Assembly: GCA_964448135.1 (NCBI GenBank)
Contig: CAYUVH010000013.1
Span: 1-55,121, forward strand
Length of the DNA: 55,121 nt
From: an uncultured Verrucomicrobiota bacterium
GTDB taxonomy: Bacteria > Verrucomicrobiota > Verrucomicrobiia > Limisphaerales > UBA8199
Direction: 5' to 3'
Below are positions 18,568-27,521 of this stretch, in pieces. Below the pieces are notes generated by a model. It searched no databases. It was not told where the DNA came from and worked only from the letters and a program-made list of their open reading frames with translations. The position numbers were made by a program, and so were the translations under genes. Each line of letters begins with the position of its first letter. Position 1 is the stretch's first letter.

Positions 18568-21214
18568 TGCCCGCGGCCTGATGGTTCAAAACGTCCAACA
18601 AAAGCTGAGTCTCGGCCGCGCTAAAATTGCCTGAAATTTGCACTTCGCGGCCGGTAATGGCGCTGCGGATCACCGGCGCACTCAGCACACGGCCGCCCCA
18701 GACGATCGCGAGTTGCCGGCCGATGTTCTCGCCGGTCAATTTGGAAAAGGCGCGTCCGCCCTCGTCGGTCAGCCGCAAAAGAATTTCCTTGCGGCCAGGC
18801 TCATCACCGGTGCCCCTGGCGCTGGCGACGGCGTGTCCGCCGAGCAACACCTCCCGCAGGACGCGTAGTTTGGATGCTGGGGCGGGATCGCCCAGGCTGG
18901 ACAATTCATCCGCGGGCAGATCGGTTTCGCCCGGGCGGGCCACCCAGCGAAATTCAAGACTGCGAGGCGGGTCGTCGCCGAGGACGGTGGTGCCGCCGGA
19001 CGACGCGTCCTGGCCGTTTTTCGCGCCCGGATTGTATCGGTAGTTGATGGGGACGTCGGATTCGACCGGACCGGAATCGAAAACCGGTTTGGCCTCCGAG
19101 CTGATGATCAATTGCAGCGCGCCCTTATCGCCGGGGGTTTTTTGCACGGTGCAGGCAGCCACATGGTCGCCGAAAATCATCTTCCGCAGGCCGGTCTGTC
19201 CGCCGATGTTCCTGGTGATGGTGGCGCCGTTTTGGACGTAAGTGAGCGAACCGGTGAAGGAAATGGCGGAGTTGCCGGAGGAACTCAGAACGCTCACCTC
19301 GAGTATTTTGTCGGGCGTTTTCGGTTCATAAAGTTTTTCCGTCCGTGCCCCGGCCAGATAAAACGCGCCGTCGTTTGAACCGTAAGGCAAGGCTACGCCC
19401 CAGGAACGATTGGTTCCCTCTTCGACATAATTCACGCTGCCCTGAATGATACCAAGCAAGGTGACATTGGGGGAGTAGCGGATCCCGTTGCGCACCATTT
19501 CGCCTTCATCGCTGGCGGGCGGCGGGGCAAACCAGACGCGGGCTTGCAATCCGTGGGCGGGAAGTTGGGCGAGCGCGGCCAGCGGCTTGAGGGCGAAGGC
19601 TTTCATGTTGGTCGAAACGCCTTCCCAATTGAAGAGAGAGGTGACGGCGTTCGTGTCCCTGGCCAGCAGCGCGTGCTCGAAGCGGGCGAGCAAATCATTG
19701 GTCGAACCGGGGGCGGGTGAAGGCTTGGAAAGATCACTACTTTCGAGGCTCTGGCGCTGAAGCTGGAGCACGATCCGCATTTCCCGAGTCCCGGGATGTT
19801 TGAAAGATTCCAGGGGCAGGAGCCAGGTCGAGTAAGGGGTGGCAGCGTAACCCGCGGCGGATGCCTTCAGGAGATGATCGGAAAAGATATGGGTGACCAA
19901 TTCAAACTGTCCCTGGGCGTCCGCGACACCCACCTGTACCGCCAATCCGGCCGTTTGCGATGTTCCGACAAAGTCTTCCACCCGGGCACCCGGGATGGGT
20001 TGGTGGGTATCACGGTCCATGACGGTGCCCCGCACGGTCACGGAAAGAAGCGCGCGCGCCTGGGCCTGGTTCAGCGCGGCGGCGGCAGCCTGTGCCCGTG
20101 CCTCACTTTGTTTCGCGTGCCCGAGGGCCGGTATAATCAGCGCCGCCAGAATTGCCAGGATGGCAATCAGGACCAGGCCCGCAAATCCCAGCACGATCGC
20201 GAGAGCCAGGCGCTTCCAGAATCTGTCCGGGCGGGGCGATGGAGTGGCGTGCGGTGTGACTGGCGGCGCGCTGGGCTGGGAGAGGGTGTCAACGGCTGTT
20301 CTAACTTGGCTGGCCTGCTGGTAACGGCGGGAGGGCTCCTTTTCGAGGGCGTGCAGGACGACGTCATCGAGGCGGACGTCCACCTGCACTTTTTGCGAGG
20401 GCGGCTGGAATTTGCCGATGGGCAGTTCGCCGGTGAGCATTTCGTAGAAGACGACGCCGAGGGAATAGATGTCGGCGCGATGGTCCACGGTGGAGGGTTT
20501 TTCCAATTGCTCGGGCGCCATGTAATGCGGCGTGCCCAGCACCGCGCCCTGACCGGTGAGGACGAGGTCGGCGGAGCGGTCGCCGGCCAGCTTGGCGATG
20601 CCGAAGTCGGCGATCTTCACACGGCCTTTGGCGTCGAGGAGGATGTTCTCCGGCTTGATGTCGCGGTGGAGGATGCCTTCGTTGTGGGCGAATTGCAGGG
20701 CGTCGCAAATCTTCGGGACGACCTCGAGCGCCTGCGCCGGGGTGAAGCGACCGGTGCGCATGGCCTGGCGGAGGTTTACGCCGTCCACGTATTCCATGAG
20801 CAAATAGAAGAAGCCTCCGGCCTGGCCGAAGTCGTGGATGGTGACGATGTTGGGATGGTTGAGCCGCGCGAGCATGCGGCCCTCGCGGGAAAAGCGTTCC
20901 GCAAACGCGGCATCGGTGGCCAGCGTCTGCGGAAGGATTTTCAGGGCGACCAGTCGTTCGAGTTTCGGCTGGCGGGCCTTGAAAATGAACCCCATCCCTC
21001 CCTGGCCGATGAGTTCCAAAATTTCAAGCTGCGGGAAGGCGGCGGCGAGCTCGGCCTGCGTGGGCGGGACCGGCTGCGGGCGATTGCCGCGGCCGTCTTC
21101 GGTGGGAGCGGCGGCCTGCAGGAGCAGGCACTTGGGACAGAGGCCCTGCGGCGCTTCGGGCGGAATCGGCGCGCCGCATTTCGGGCAGGTCTTCGAGATA
21201 ATCGTATCGCTCAT
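18542..21214 (-). CDS. Membrane Ser/Thr protein kinase with N-terminal zinc ribbon and large extracytoplasmic C-terminal domain
   Basis: CPKCGAPIP...CPKCLL zinc ribbon. Hanks kinase motifs GQGGMGFIFKA, HRDIKPENILLD, DFGIAK and GTPHYMAPE. One transmembrane helix (LALAIVLGFAGLVLIAILAILAALI), then roughly 500 aa of extracellular sequence. 890 aa. Confidence 0.9.
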   Translation of the reverse strand: MSDTIISKTCPKCGAPIPPEAPQGLCPKCLLLQAAAPTEDGRGNRPQPVPPTQAELAAAFPQLEILELIGQGGMGFIFKARQPKLERLVALKILPQTLATDAAFAERFSREGRMLARLNHPNIVTIHDFGQAGGFFYLLMEYVDGVNLRQAMRTGRFTPAQALEVVPKICDALQFAHNEGILHRDIKPENILLDAKGRVKIADFGIAKLAGDRSADLVLTGQGAVLGTPHYMAPEQLEKPSTVDHRADIYSLGVVFYEMLTGELPIGKFQPPSQKVQVDVRLDDVVLHALEKEPSRRYQQASQVRTAVDTLSQPSAPPVTPHATPSPRPDRFWKRLALAIVLGFAGLVLIAILAILAALIIPALGHAKQSEARAQAAAAALNQAQARALLSVTVRGTVMDRDTHQPIPGARVEDFVGTSQTAGLAVQVGVADAQGQFELVTHIFSDHLLKASAAGYAATPYSTWLLPLESFKHPGTREMRIVLQLQRQSLESSDLSKPSPAPGSTNDLLARFEHALLARDTNAVTSLFNWEGVSTNMKAFALKPLAALAQLPAHGLQARVWFAPPPASDEGEMVRNGIRYSPNVTLLGIIQGSVNYVEEGTNRSWGVALPYGSNDGAFYLAGARTEKLYEPKTPDKILEVSVLSSSGNSAISFTGSLTYVQNGATITRNIGGQTGLRKMIFGDHVAACTVQKTPGDKGALQLIISSEAKPVFDSGPVESDVPINYRYNPGAKNGQDASSGGTTVLGDDPPRSLEFRWVARPGETDLPADELSSLGDPAPASKLRVLREVLLGGHAVASARGTGDEPGRKEILLRLTDEGGRAFSKLTGENIGRQLAIVWGGRVLSAPVIRSAITGREVQISGNFSAAETQLLLDVLNHQAAGSEAAEAKK

Positions 21215-21277
21215 ACCCTTTCCTGAGGCAGGGGCAGGAAAAGGTTACCGGATTTCTTTACGTTTGTCCGCCCGGCC

Positions 21278-22411
21278 TTACTGGTTCACATGGATGATCT
21301 TGGCCGGCGGGAAGCCGTTGAACCACGTCGCCGAGGCGCTGCTGTAGGCGCCGATGTTTTCGGAATAAACGAGGTCGTCGATTTCGAGGTCGGGCAGTTC
21401 TTCGGAGAGCGAGATGGTGTCGAGGGCGTCGCAGGTCTGGCCGAACACGGCGCAGACCTGGGTGCGGCCTTTTTTGAAGGCCTGCAAATGATACTGGCAG
21501 TGATCGAAGATGATGCCGCTGAAGGTGTGATACACGCCGTCGTTGATGTAGTAGCAGGGTTTGCCGTCGCGCACGGCCTTGCCGATGATCCGCGACACAG
21601 CGGTCGCCGCCGTGGCGACGAGGAAGCGGCCGGGTTCGGCCAGGATTTGGATGTCCTTGGGAAAGAGGCGCGTGATCTCGCTGTTGATCTTCTGGGCCAG
21701 GGCGCTGAAGGGTTTCACGTGCCGGTCATACGGGGCGGGGAACCCGCCGCCGATGTCGAGGATCTTGAGTTCGTGGCCGCGGGAACGCGATTCCTTCATC
21801 ACGGCCGCCGCCATATCGAGCGCCTGGACGAAGTTTTGGAAATTCGTGCACTGGCTGCCGACGTGGAAACTCAGGCCCTCCACGACGAGCCCCAACCGGA
21901 ATGCCTCCAGGATCAGGTCCACGGCTTCGCCGGGGTCGCAGCCGAACTTCGAGGACAGTTCCACCATCGAGCCGGTGTTCGGCACCCGCAGGCGCAACAC
22001 CACGCCGGCATGCGGCGCGAAGCGCGCGATCTTTTTGAGTTCGGCCGCGTTGTCGTAGGTGACCAGCGGCTTGTATTTGTCGAGCGCGCGCAGGGTCTCC
22101 TGCGGCTTGGTCGGGTTGGCGTAAATGATTTTGTCCCAGATGAAATGCTGGCGGGCCTTGGCGGAAAGGCCCTTGATGTTTTCATACACGAGCATGAACT
22201 CGGGCAGCGACGCGACGTCGAAGCTGGCACCCGCCTTGTAAAGGGTGCGCACGATGGCGGGCTCGGCGTTGGCTTTGACGGCGTAGTAGGCCTGGACCTT
22301 GGGCAGGTGTTTGCGGAAGGCGGCGTAATTGGCGCGGATCTGATCGTGGTCAATAATCACGACCGGGGTGCCGTGCTTGCGGGCGATGCGTTGCAGTTGC
22401 TCTTTTGTCAT
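21278..22411 (-). CDS. PLP-dependent fold-III decarboxylase of the ornithine/lysine/diaminopimelate decarboxylase family
   Basis: YAVKAN (PLP-lysine motif), GGGFP and FHVGSQ motifs. 377 aa. Substrate is not assignable from sequence alone. Confidence 0.8.
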   Translation of the reverse strand: MTKEQLQRIARKHGTPVVIIDHDQIRANYAAFRKHLPKVQAYYAVKANAEPAIVRTLYKAGASFDVASLPEFMLVYENIKGLSAKARQHFIWDKIIYANPTKPQETLRALDKYKPLVTYDNAAELKKIARFAPHAGVVLRLRVPNTGSMVELSSKFGCDPGEAVDLILEAFRLGLVVEGLSFHVGSQCTNFQNFVQALDMAAAVMKESRSRGHELKILDIGGGFPAPYDRHVKPFSALAQKINSEITRLFPKDIQILAEPGRFLVATAATAVSRIIGKAVRDGKPCYYINDGVYHTFSGIIFDHCQYHLQAFKKGRTQVCAVFGQTCDALDTISLSEELPDLEIDDLVYSENIGAYSSASATWFNGFPPAKIIHVNQ

Positions 22412-22527
22412 TGCGCTTAAACCCGCGAATCGGGCTGTGGGCGTTTAAGCCGTTTCGGCGGTTCGCACAAGCGAAAAGCACGCGCACTTGCTCTCCCGCG
22501 CGCAGCCGCTACCTTTCAACTGACGGA

Positions 22528-25518
22528 ATGCGGGTTACGGCATCCAGAATGTGCGGTTGGTGGCGGCTGGCAGTGCTGGTCGTCATGATGGCGGCCAGTT
22601 GCCCCGGCGCCGGCTTTACCAATCAGTTTTCCCGCTATACTTCCTACGACTGGGATACCGAGGACGGCCTGCCCAATGATTCGATCAATACCGCGCTCCA
22701 GGCGGGTGGGGCGTATTTCTGGCTCGCGACGCAGGAGGGATTGGTGCGCTTCGATGGCGTGAAGTTCGTGAGCGTTCCCGTGGCGGGATTTACCGGCGAG
22801 AACGATCGCGCCTTCAACGCTTTGTGTGAGGGCAAGGAAGGCACCTTGTGGGTGGCCTCGCAGAGCGGCCGCGTGTGCGGATTGAAAAATGGCCGGGCGA
22901 CGGAACTCGCGTTGCCCGCGCCGGTAACGAATTGTTTCCTCACGCGGCTTTTCGAGAGCCGCGATGGCGCGCTGTGGATCGGGACGGAGACCAATGGCCT
23001 GCTGCGTTGGAACGAGGGAAAATTCACGCGGCTTACCACCGCCGAGGGTTTGGGGCACAACTCGATTCGTTCGCTGTGCGAGGACAATCAGGGGAATATC
23101 TGGATCGCTACCGCGGGTGGTTTGAGCCGGTGGCACGACGGAACATTTACGAATCTCACGGTCGCAGCGGGCATGCTGCACAATTCCATCCGCGTGGTTT
23201 ACTTCGACCGGGACGGTTTTTTGTGGGTCGCGTCCCAGTATGGCCTGACACGGATGAAGGACGGGGTGCTGACGCATTTTCGCAAGCGGGATGGGCTGTC
23301 GGATAATTTGATCAGCGCGATTTACAAGGACCGGCAGGGCGTCCTGTGGGTGGGCACCTACAATGGCTTGAACCGGTTGGAGAATGACAAAATCACGGTC
23401 GAGACGCGCGCGGATGGGACTTCCTACGACCGGATCAATTCCATCTTCGAGGACACCGAGGGCAATCTTTGGGTCAGCACGCGCAACGGCCTGAGCCGGC
23501 TCCGTCCGCGCGTGATCACGGCTTACACCGAATTGCAGGGCCTGACCTACAACAATGCCACGTCGGTGCTGGAGGACAGTGATGGGAGCCTGTGGATCAC
23601 ATATTGGGGCGGCGGCATCAATCACGTGCAGGATGGGGTCGTGACTCCCTATCGTCGACGCGAAGGGTTGCCGAGCGATCTCGTCCTGACGCTGTGCGAA
23701 ACGCGCAGCGGCGACCGATGGTTCGGTCTCGACTACGACGGCGGGATCAACGTGCTGCGGGGCAACGTGTTCGTTCCTTATCGCGAACTCGAGGGGATGA
23801 CGGATCATTCGGTCCGCGCCATTCTCGAAGATCGGGCGGGAAACATGTGGATCGGGACGCGCACCGCGTTGCTCCAGTTCAAGGACGGCCGTTTCAAGCG
23901 CTACACCACGAAAGACGGGCTGCCTTCGAATTCCATCGAGGCCATTGTCGAGGACCGCGCCGGAAATTTGTGGTTCGGCACGGACGGCGGGTTGGTGACG
24001 TTGCGTGATGGCGTTTTCAAAAAGTACACGACGCTGGACGGCCTTTCGCATGACATGGTGACCGCGATACACGAGGACCCCGATGGCGCGCTGTGGCTGG
24101 GGACGCATGGGGGATTGGATCGCTTGCGGGACGGAAAAATCTCGGCGTTCCGGACGCGCGCGGGAATATTCCGTGACGAGATTTACGCGCTGGTCGAAGA
24201 CGATTTGGGATTTCTCTGGCTGACGTCACACCAGGGGATTTTCCGCGTGAGCCGGCAGGAACTGAACGATTTTGCGGCGCGCAAACACACGGCGGTCAAT
24301 TGTGTGTCGTTCGACAAACGCGATGGGATGGCCAGCGTCGAATGCAAGGGCTACGGGCAGACGGCGGCGTGGAAGGGCTGCGAAGGGCAGCTTTGGTTTC
24401 CGACGAGCAAGGGGATCGTCTCCGTCAATCCGCGCGCGGCACGGGTGAACACGACGCCTCCACGTATCGCGCTGGAGGAAGTGCAGGTCAACAAAACGCC
24501 GGTGGACCTGGGCCACGAAGCCAACCTGATCGCCGGCAACCAGGAACTCGCTTTTCGCTACACGGCGTTCAGCTTCTCGGCACCGGAAAAAATAAGCTTC
24601 AAATACCGGCTGGAGGGATTCGATTCGGACTGGATCAACGCCGGTTCCACCCGCGAGGCGCATTATCACCATTTACCCGCGGGCAATTACCGCTTCCAGG
24701 TCATGGCGGCCAACGGCGATGGCGTCGCTTCCACCGAACCGGTTTCATTCGGGCTGGTGCTTTCGCCGCCATTCTGGCGGACGGGTTGGTTTCTCTCACT
24801 GGCCGGACTGGCGATCATCGGGGCGGTGGCCGCGGCGGTTCGCTATGTCTCGGTGCAAAATCTGCATCGCCGGCTGGCAGTGCTCGAACAACAGCACGCG
24901 GTGGAGAAGGAGCGCGCGCGGATCGCCCAGGACATGCACGACGACCTCGGCGCGAACCTGACGCAGATTTGTGTCCTCAGCGAGCTCGCCCGGCGCGACT
25001 CAGCGCAGCCGCAACGGGTTGCCGCGCATACGAATGCGATTTCCGACACCGCGCGCGAACTGGTGCAGAGCATGGACGAAATTGTGTGGTCGGCCAATCC
25101 GCGCAACGACAACTTGCGGCGGCTCGCCGGCTACATTTTCCAATACGCCGAGAATTTTCTCGCGCCCACCCCGGTGCGCGGGCGCTTTGAGCAGCCGGTG
25201 GCGCTGCCGGAGTTGCCGCTCAGCGCCGAGCTGCGCCATGATATTTTTCTGGCCGTCAAGGAGGCGCTGAACAATGTCGTGAAGCATTCGCAGGCGAGCG
25301 AGGTCTGGGTGCGCGTCAAGCTGGCCGGCGGAAAACTGGAAATTGATATCGAGGACAACGGCCGGGGTTTCGCGGCGGAAAATGGCCGGCCCTTCGGCAA
25401 CGGCCTCGCGAACATGCAAAAGCGCGTCGAAAGTGCCGGTGGTTGCTTTACGGCCACCAGCGCACCGGGCGCGGGCACCAAAATAAAAATCATCGTCGCC
25501 GTGCCCGCGACGGCGTAA
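22528..25518 (+). CDS. Sensor histidine kinase with periplasmic two-component-regulator beta-propeller repeats, Y_Y_Y-like domain, transmembrane helix, HisKA_3 and HATPase
   Basis: Many roughly 45-aa repeats (D/NG.LW.GT..GL.R). One TM helix (GWFLSLAGLAIIGAVAAAV), an H-box ARIAQDMHDDLGANLTQI of NarX/DegS-type HisKA_3, and G-boxes near the C-terminus. Start set at the internal ATG 22528, but 22549 is also possible. Confidence 0.85.
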   Translation: MRVTASRMCGWWRLAVLVVMMAASCPGAGFTNQFSRYTSYDWDTEDGLPNDSINTALQAGGAYFWLATQEGLVRFDGVKFVSVPVAGFTGENDRAFNALCEGKEGTLWVASQSGRVCGLKNGRATELALPAPVTNCFLTRLFESRDGALWIGTETNGLLRWNEGKFTRLTTAEGLGHNSIRSLCEDNQGNIWIATAGGLSRWHDGTFTNLTVAAGMLHNSIRVVYFDRDGFLWVASQYGLTRMKDGVLTHFRKRDGLSDNLISAIYKDRQGVLWVGTYNGLNRLENDKITVETRADGTSYDRINSIFEDTEGNLWVSTRNGLSRLRPRVITAYTELQGLTYNNATSVLEDSDGSLWITYWGGGINHVQDGVVTPYRRREGLPSDLVLTLCETRSGDRWFGLDYDGGINVLRGNVFVPYRELEGMTDHSVRAILEDRAGNMWIGTRTALLQFKDGRFKRYTTKDGLPSNSIEAIVEDRAGNLWFGTDGGLVTLRDGVFKKYTTLDGLSHDMVTAIHEDPDGALWLGTHGGLDRLRDGKISAFRTRAGIFRDEIYALVEDDLGFLWLTSHQGIFRVSRQELNDFAARKHTAVNCVSFDKRDGMASVECKGYGQTAAWKGCEGQLWFPTSKGIVSVNPRAARVNTTPPRIALEEVQVNKTPVDLGHEANLIAGNQELAFRYTAFSFSAPEKISFKYRLEGFDSDWINAGSTREAHYHHLPAGNYRFQVMAANGDGVASTEPVSFGLVLSPPFWRTGWFLSLAGLAIIGAVAAAVRYVSVQNLHRRLAVLEQQHAVEKERARIAQDMHDDLGANLTQICVLSELARRDSAQPQRVAAHTNAISDTARELVQSMDEIVWSANPRNDNLRRLAGYIFQYAENFLAPTPVRGRFEQPVALPELPLSAELRHDIFLAVKEALNNVVKHSQASEVWVRVKLAGGKLEIDIEDNGRGFAAENGRPFGNGLANMQKRVESAGGCFTATSAPGAGTKIKIIVAVPATA

Positions 25519-25533
25519 CGTGCGCGCGCCGGC

Positions 25534-26178
25534 ATGATTCCCGCGCCCAACATCAAGGTCTCCATCGTCGAGGATAACGACAAGCTGCGCGAGAGCCTGG
25601 CAATCATGATTGGTGGCGCGAGCGGTTTTTCGTGTGTGAGCACGCACGCGTCGGCGGAGGAGGCACTCCGGCAGATTCCCACGCGCAAGCCGGACGTGGT
25701 CCTCATGGATATCAATCTCGCCGGAAAATCCGGCGTGGAATGCGTGCAGGAATTGAAAGCGCTGCTGCCCGCGGTAAAAATCATCATGCACACGGTGTAT
25801 GAAGATGAGGACCAGTTGTTTCGTTCACTGCGCGCGGGAGCGACCGGCTATCTGTTGAAGCGTACCACGCCCGGGAAATTGCTGGAGGCCATCGCGGAGG
25901 TCCATGGCGGGGGTTCACCCATGACCGCGCAGATCGCACGGATGGTGGTCGAGCATTTTCACCAGGTCGGTTCGGGCAAACCCGGTGAATCGGCAGAAAA
26001 TCTCACGGCACGCGAGCGCGAGATCCTTGACAAGCTGGCGAAGGGCTATCGCAACAAGGAAATCGCGGACATGTTGAGCGTGAGCATTGATACCGTCCGT
26101 TCCCACTTGCGGAAGATTTACGAGAAGTTGCACGTGAGTTCGCGGACGGCGGCGGTGCTGAAGTATCTCAACAAGTGA
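25534..26178 (+). CDS. NarL/LuxR-family response regulator (REC + LuxR helix-turn-helix)
   Basis: Receiver motifs (VEDND..., DVVLMDINL, phospho-acceptor Asp) and a LuxR HTH (LTAREREILDKLAKGYRNKEIADMLSVSIDTVRSHLRKIYEKL). It is 16 nt downstream of the kinase. Confidence 0.9.
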   Translation: MIPAPNIKVSIVEDNDKLRESLAIMIGGASGFSCVSTHASAEEALRQIPTRKPDVVLMDINLAGKSGVECVQELKALLPAVKIIMHTVYEDEDQLFRSLRAGATGYLLKRTTPGKLLEAIAEVHGGGSPMTAQIARMVVEHFHQVGSGKPGESAENLTAREREILDKLAKGYRNKEIADMLSVSIDTVRSHLRKIYEKLHVSSRTAAVLKYLNK

Positions 26179-26596
26179 TCCGCAATTGATCCGGAGCACC
26201 AAAGGCAGGCCCCAGGCCTGGTTTCGGGCCTTCAGCCCTCGAATTGTTTTTCGGACGTGGTTCCTGGGCCGATGGCCCAAGCTGGTATGGGACGGGCCTT
26301 TGGCCCTGTTGAGAAAAGCCCTCGGTCGTATTTCTTCTGCGCTAAGAAACCCAAATCTTAGTGAAACGTTTAAGCGTAGTCTGATCGGACTACAAAAACG
26401 GTGTTTTCCAGCCATTTTTTGCACATTTCCATCCCTTTGAGCGATAGCGAGGCGGCCCTTACTTCGCCTAATTTCAAGTAGTCTCCACGACCGGTGTCGA
26501 TCGCCGTTTGCAGATGTTTGCGCGGCAGCGAACCCGGCGCGGAAACGCCATGCTCTGTATCAGGCCAACAGAAAAATGTCGCTGCGATTTCGTCCT

Positions 26597-27484
26597 ATGA
26601 ACCAACTCCGTCTTTTTCGCGCACTTGCCTTCGCCACCGGTGCCTGTTTGTTCACCCCTGACGCGCTCGGAAGCGCGGTGACCAACTGGCACACGTTCAA
26701 GAACACCGCGACGGTTTTGTCCGGGCAGGGGACGGACGGCCCGGTGATGGGCTCGACCGCCAATTCGTCTTCCACGGGCTTCCTAATCGGCTACATGGAT
26801 TCGCCGCTCTCGCTCAACGCCGTGGGTGACCGTATCTCGCTGACCTTCAACATGAGCTTCAACGACGCGGCCGGCATGGCGAGTTCGGCGAATGACAATC
26901 TGCGTTTTGCGCTGTTCGATCTGAACGGCGAGGCCCAGGTGACCATTGATAACACGGCGACCGCCGGCACGACGGACACAGACAATTTGCGCGGTTACTG
27001 GTTTGGAGTGCGCACCAGCGCCACCGGCGGGAGCATTCGCCGCCGCACGGACACGGGCGCGAACCCGTTCGCCAATGGCACCAACCCGCTGCTCGGCACG
27101 CCCGGCGGTTCGGCAGTGACGTACAGCGGCGCCATCAACGGCGTGGGCGGCCAGACCTATGTGGGTGAATTGACGCTGATACGAACAATCGCCGGCGTGG
27201 ATCTCAGCGGATTCTTCGGCGGTAACGGCGCCACCAACTCATTTTCATTTTCCGACACGAGCGGATCCATCACCAATGGTTTTCAAGCGGTCGGTTTCTT
27301 TAATGGCAGCGCCCTGAACCTGGACCAAATGATCCTCCAGAATGTGGACGTTTCCTATTTCGCCGTGCCGGAACCCTCGGCGGCGGCGCTTGGATTTGGC
27401 GGTTTGCTCGGCTTGATGATTTTCCGGCTGGAGCGAGCTCGGAGACGTTTCGCCGGCAACCGCCATAATTCTTCTTCGCAATAG
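26597..27484 (+). CDS. PEP-CTERM sorting-domain secreted protein
   Basis: Signal peptide, then a C-terminal VPEPS + hydrophobic stretch + RRRF basic tail, which is the PEP-CTERM architecture. Its N-terminal domain is paralogous to the next gene (VTNWHTFK..., DNLRFALFDLNG). Confidence 0.75.
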   Translation: MNQLRLFRALAFATGACLFTPDALGSAVTNWHTFKNTATVLSGQGTDGPVMGSTANSSSTGFLIGYMDSPLSLNAVGDRISLTFNMSFNDAAGMASSANDNLRFALFDLNGEAQVTIDNTATAGTTDTDNLRGYWFGVRTSATGGSIRRRTDTGANPFANGTNPLLGTPGGSAVTYSGAINGVGGQTYVGELTLIRTIAGVDLSGFFGGNGATNSFSFSDTSGSITNGFQAVGFFNGSALNLDQMILQNVDVSYFAVPEPSAAALGFGGLLGLMIFRLERARRRFAGNRHNSSSQ

Positions 27485-27521
27485 CCCTGCAGCAACAACC
27501 TCAACCGCTCGCTCGCTCCCT

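Noticed and set aside
19796-21226. 476-aa plus-strand ORF
   Set aside because: Antisense to the Ser/Thr kinase gene, which has unmistakable Hanks motifs on the minus strand.
21290-22420. 376-aa plus-strand ORF
   Set aside because: Antisense to the PLP decarboxylase (YAVKAN, GGGFP on the minus strand).
22516-24108. 530-aa minus-strand ORF, plus 25000..25791 and 25131..25793 minus-strand ORFs
   Set aside because: Antisense to the sensor kinase and response regulator genes.
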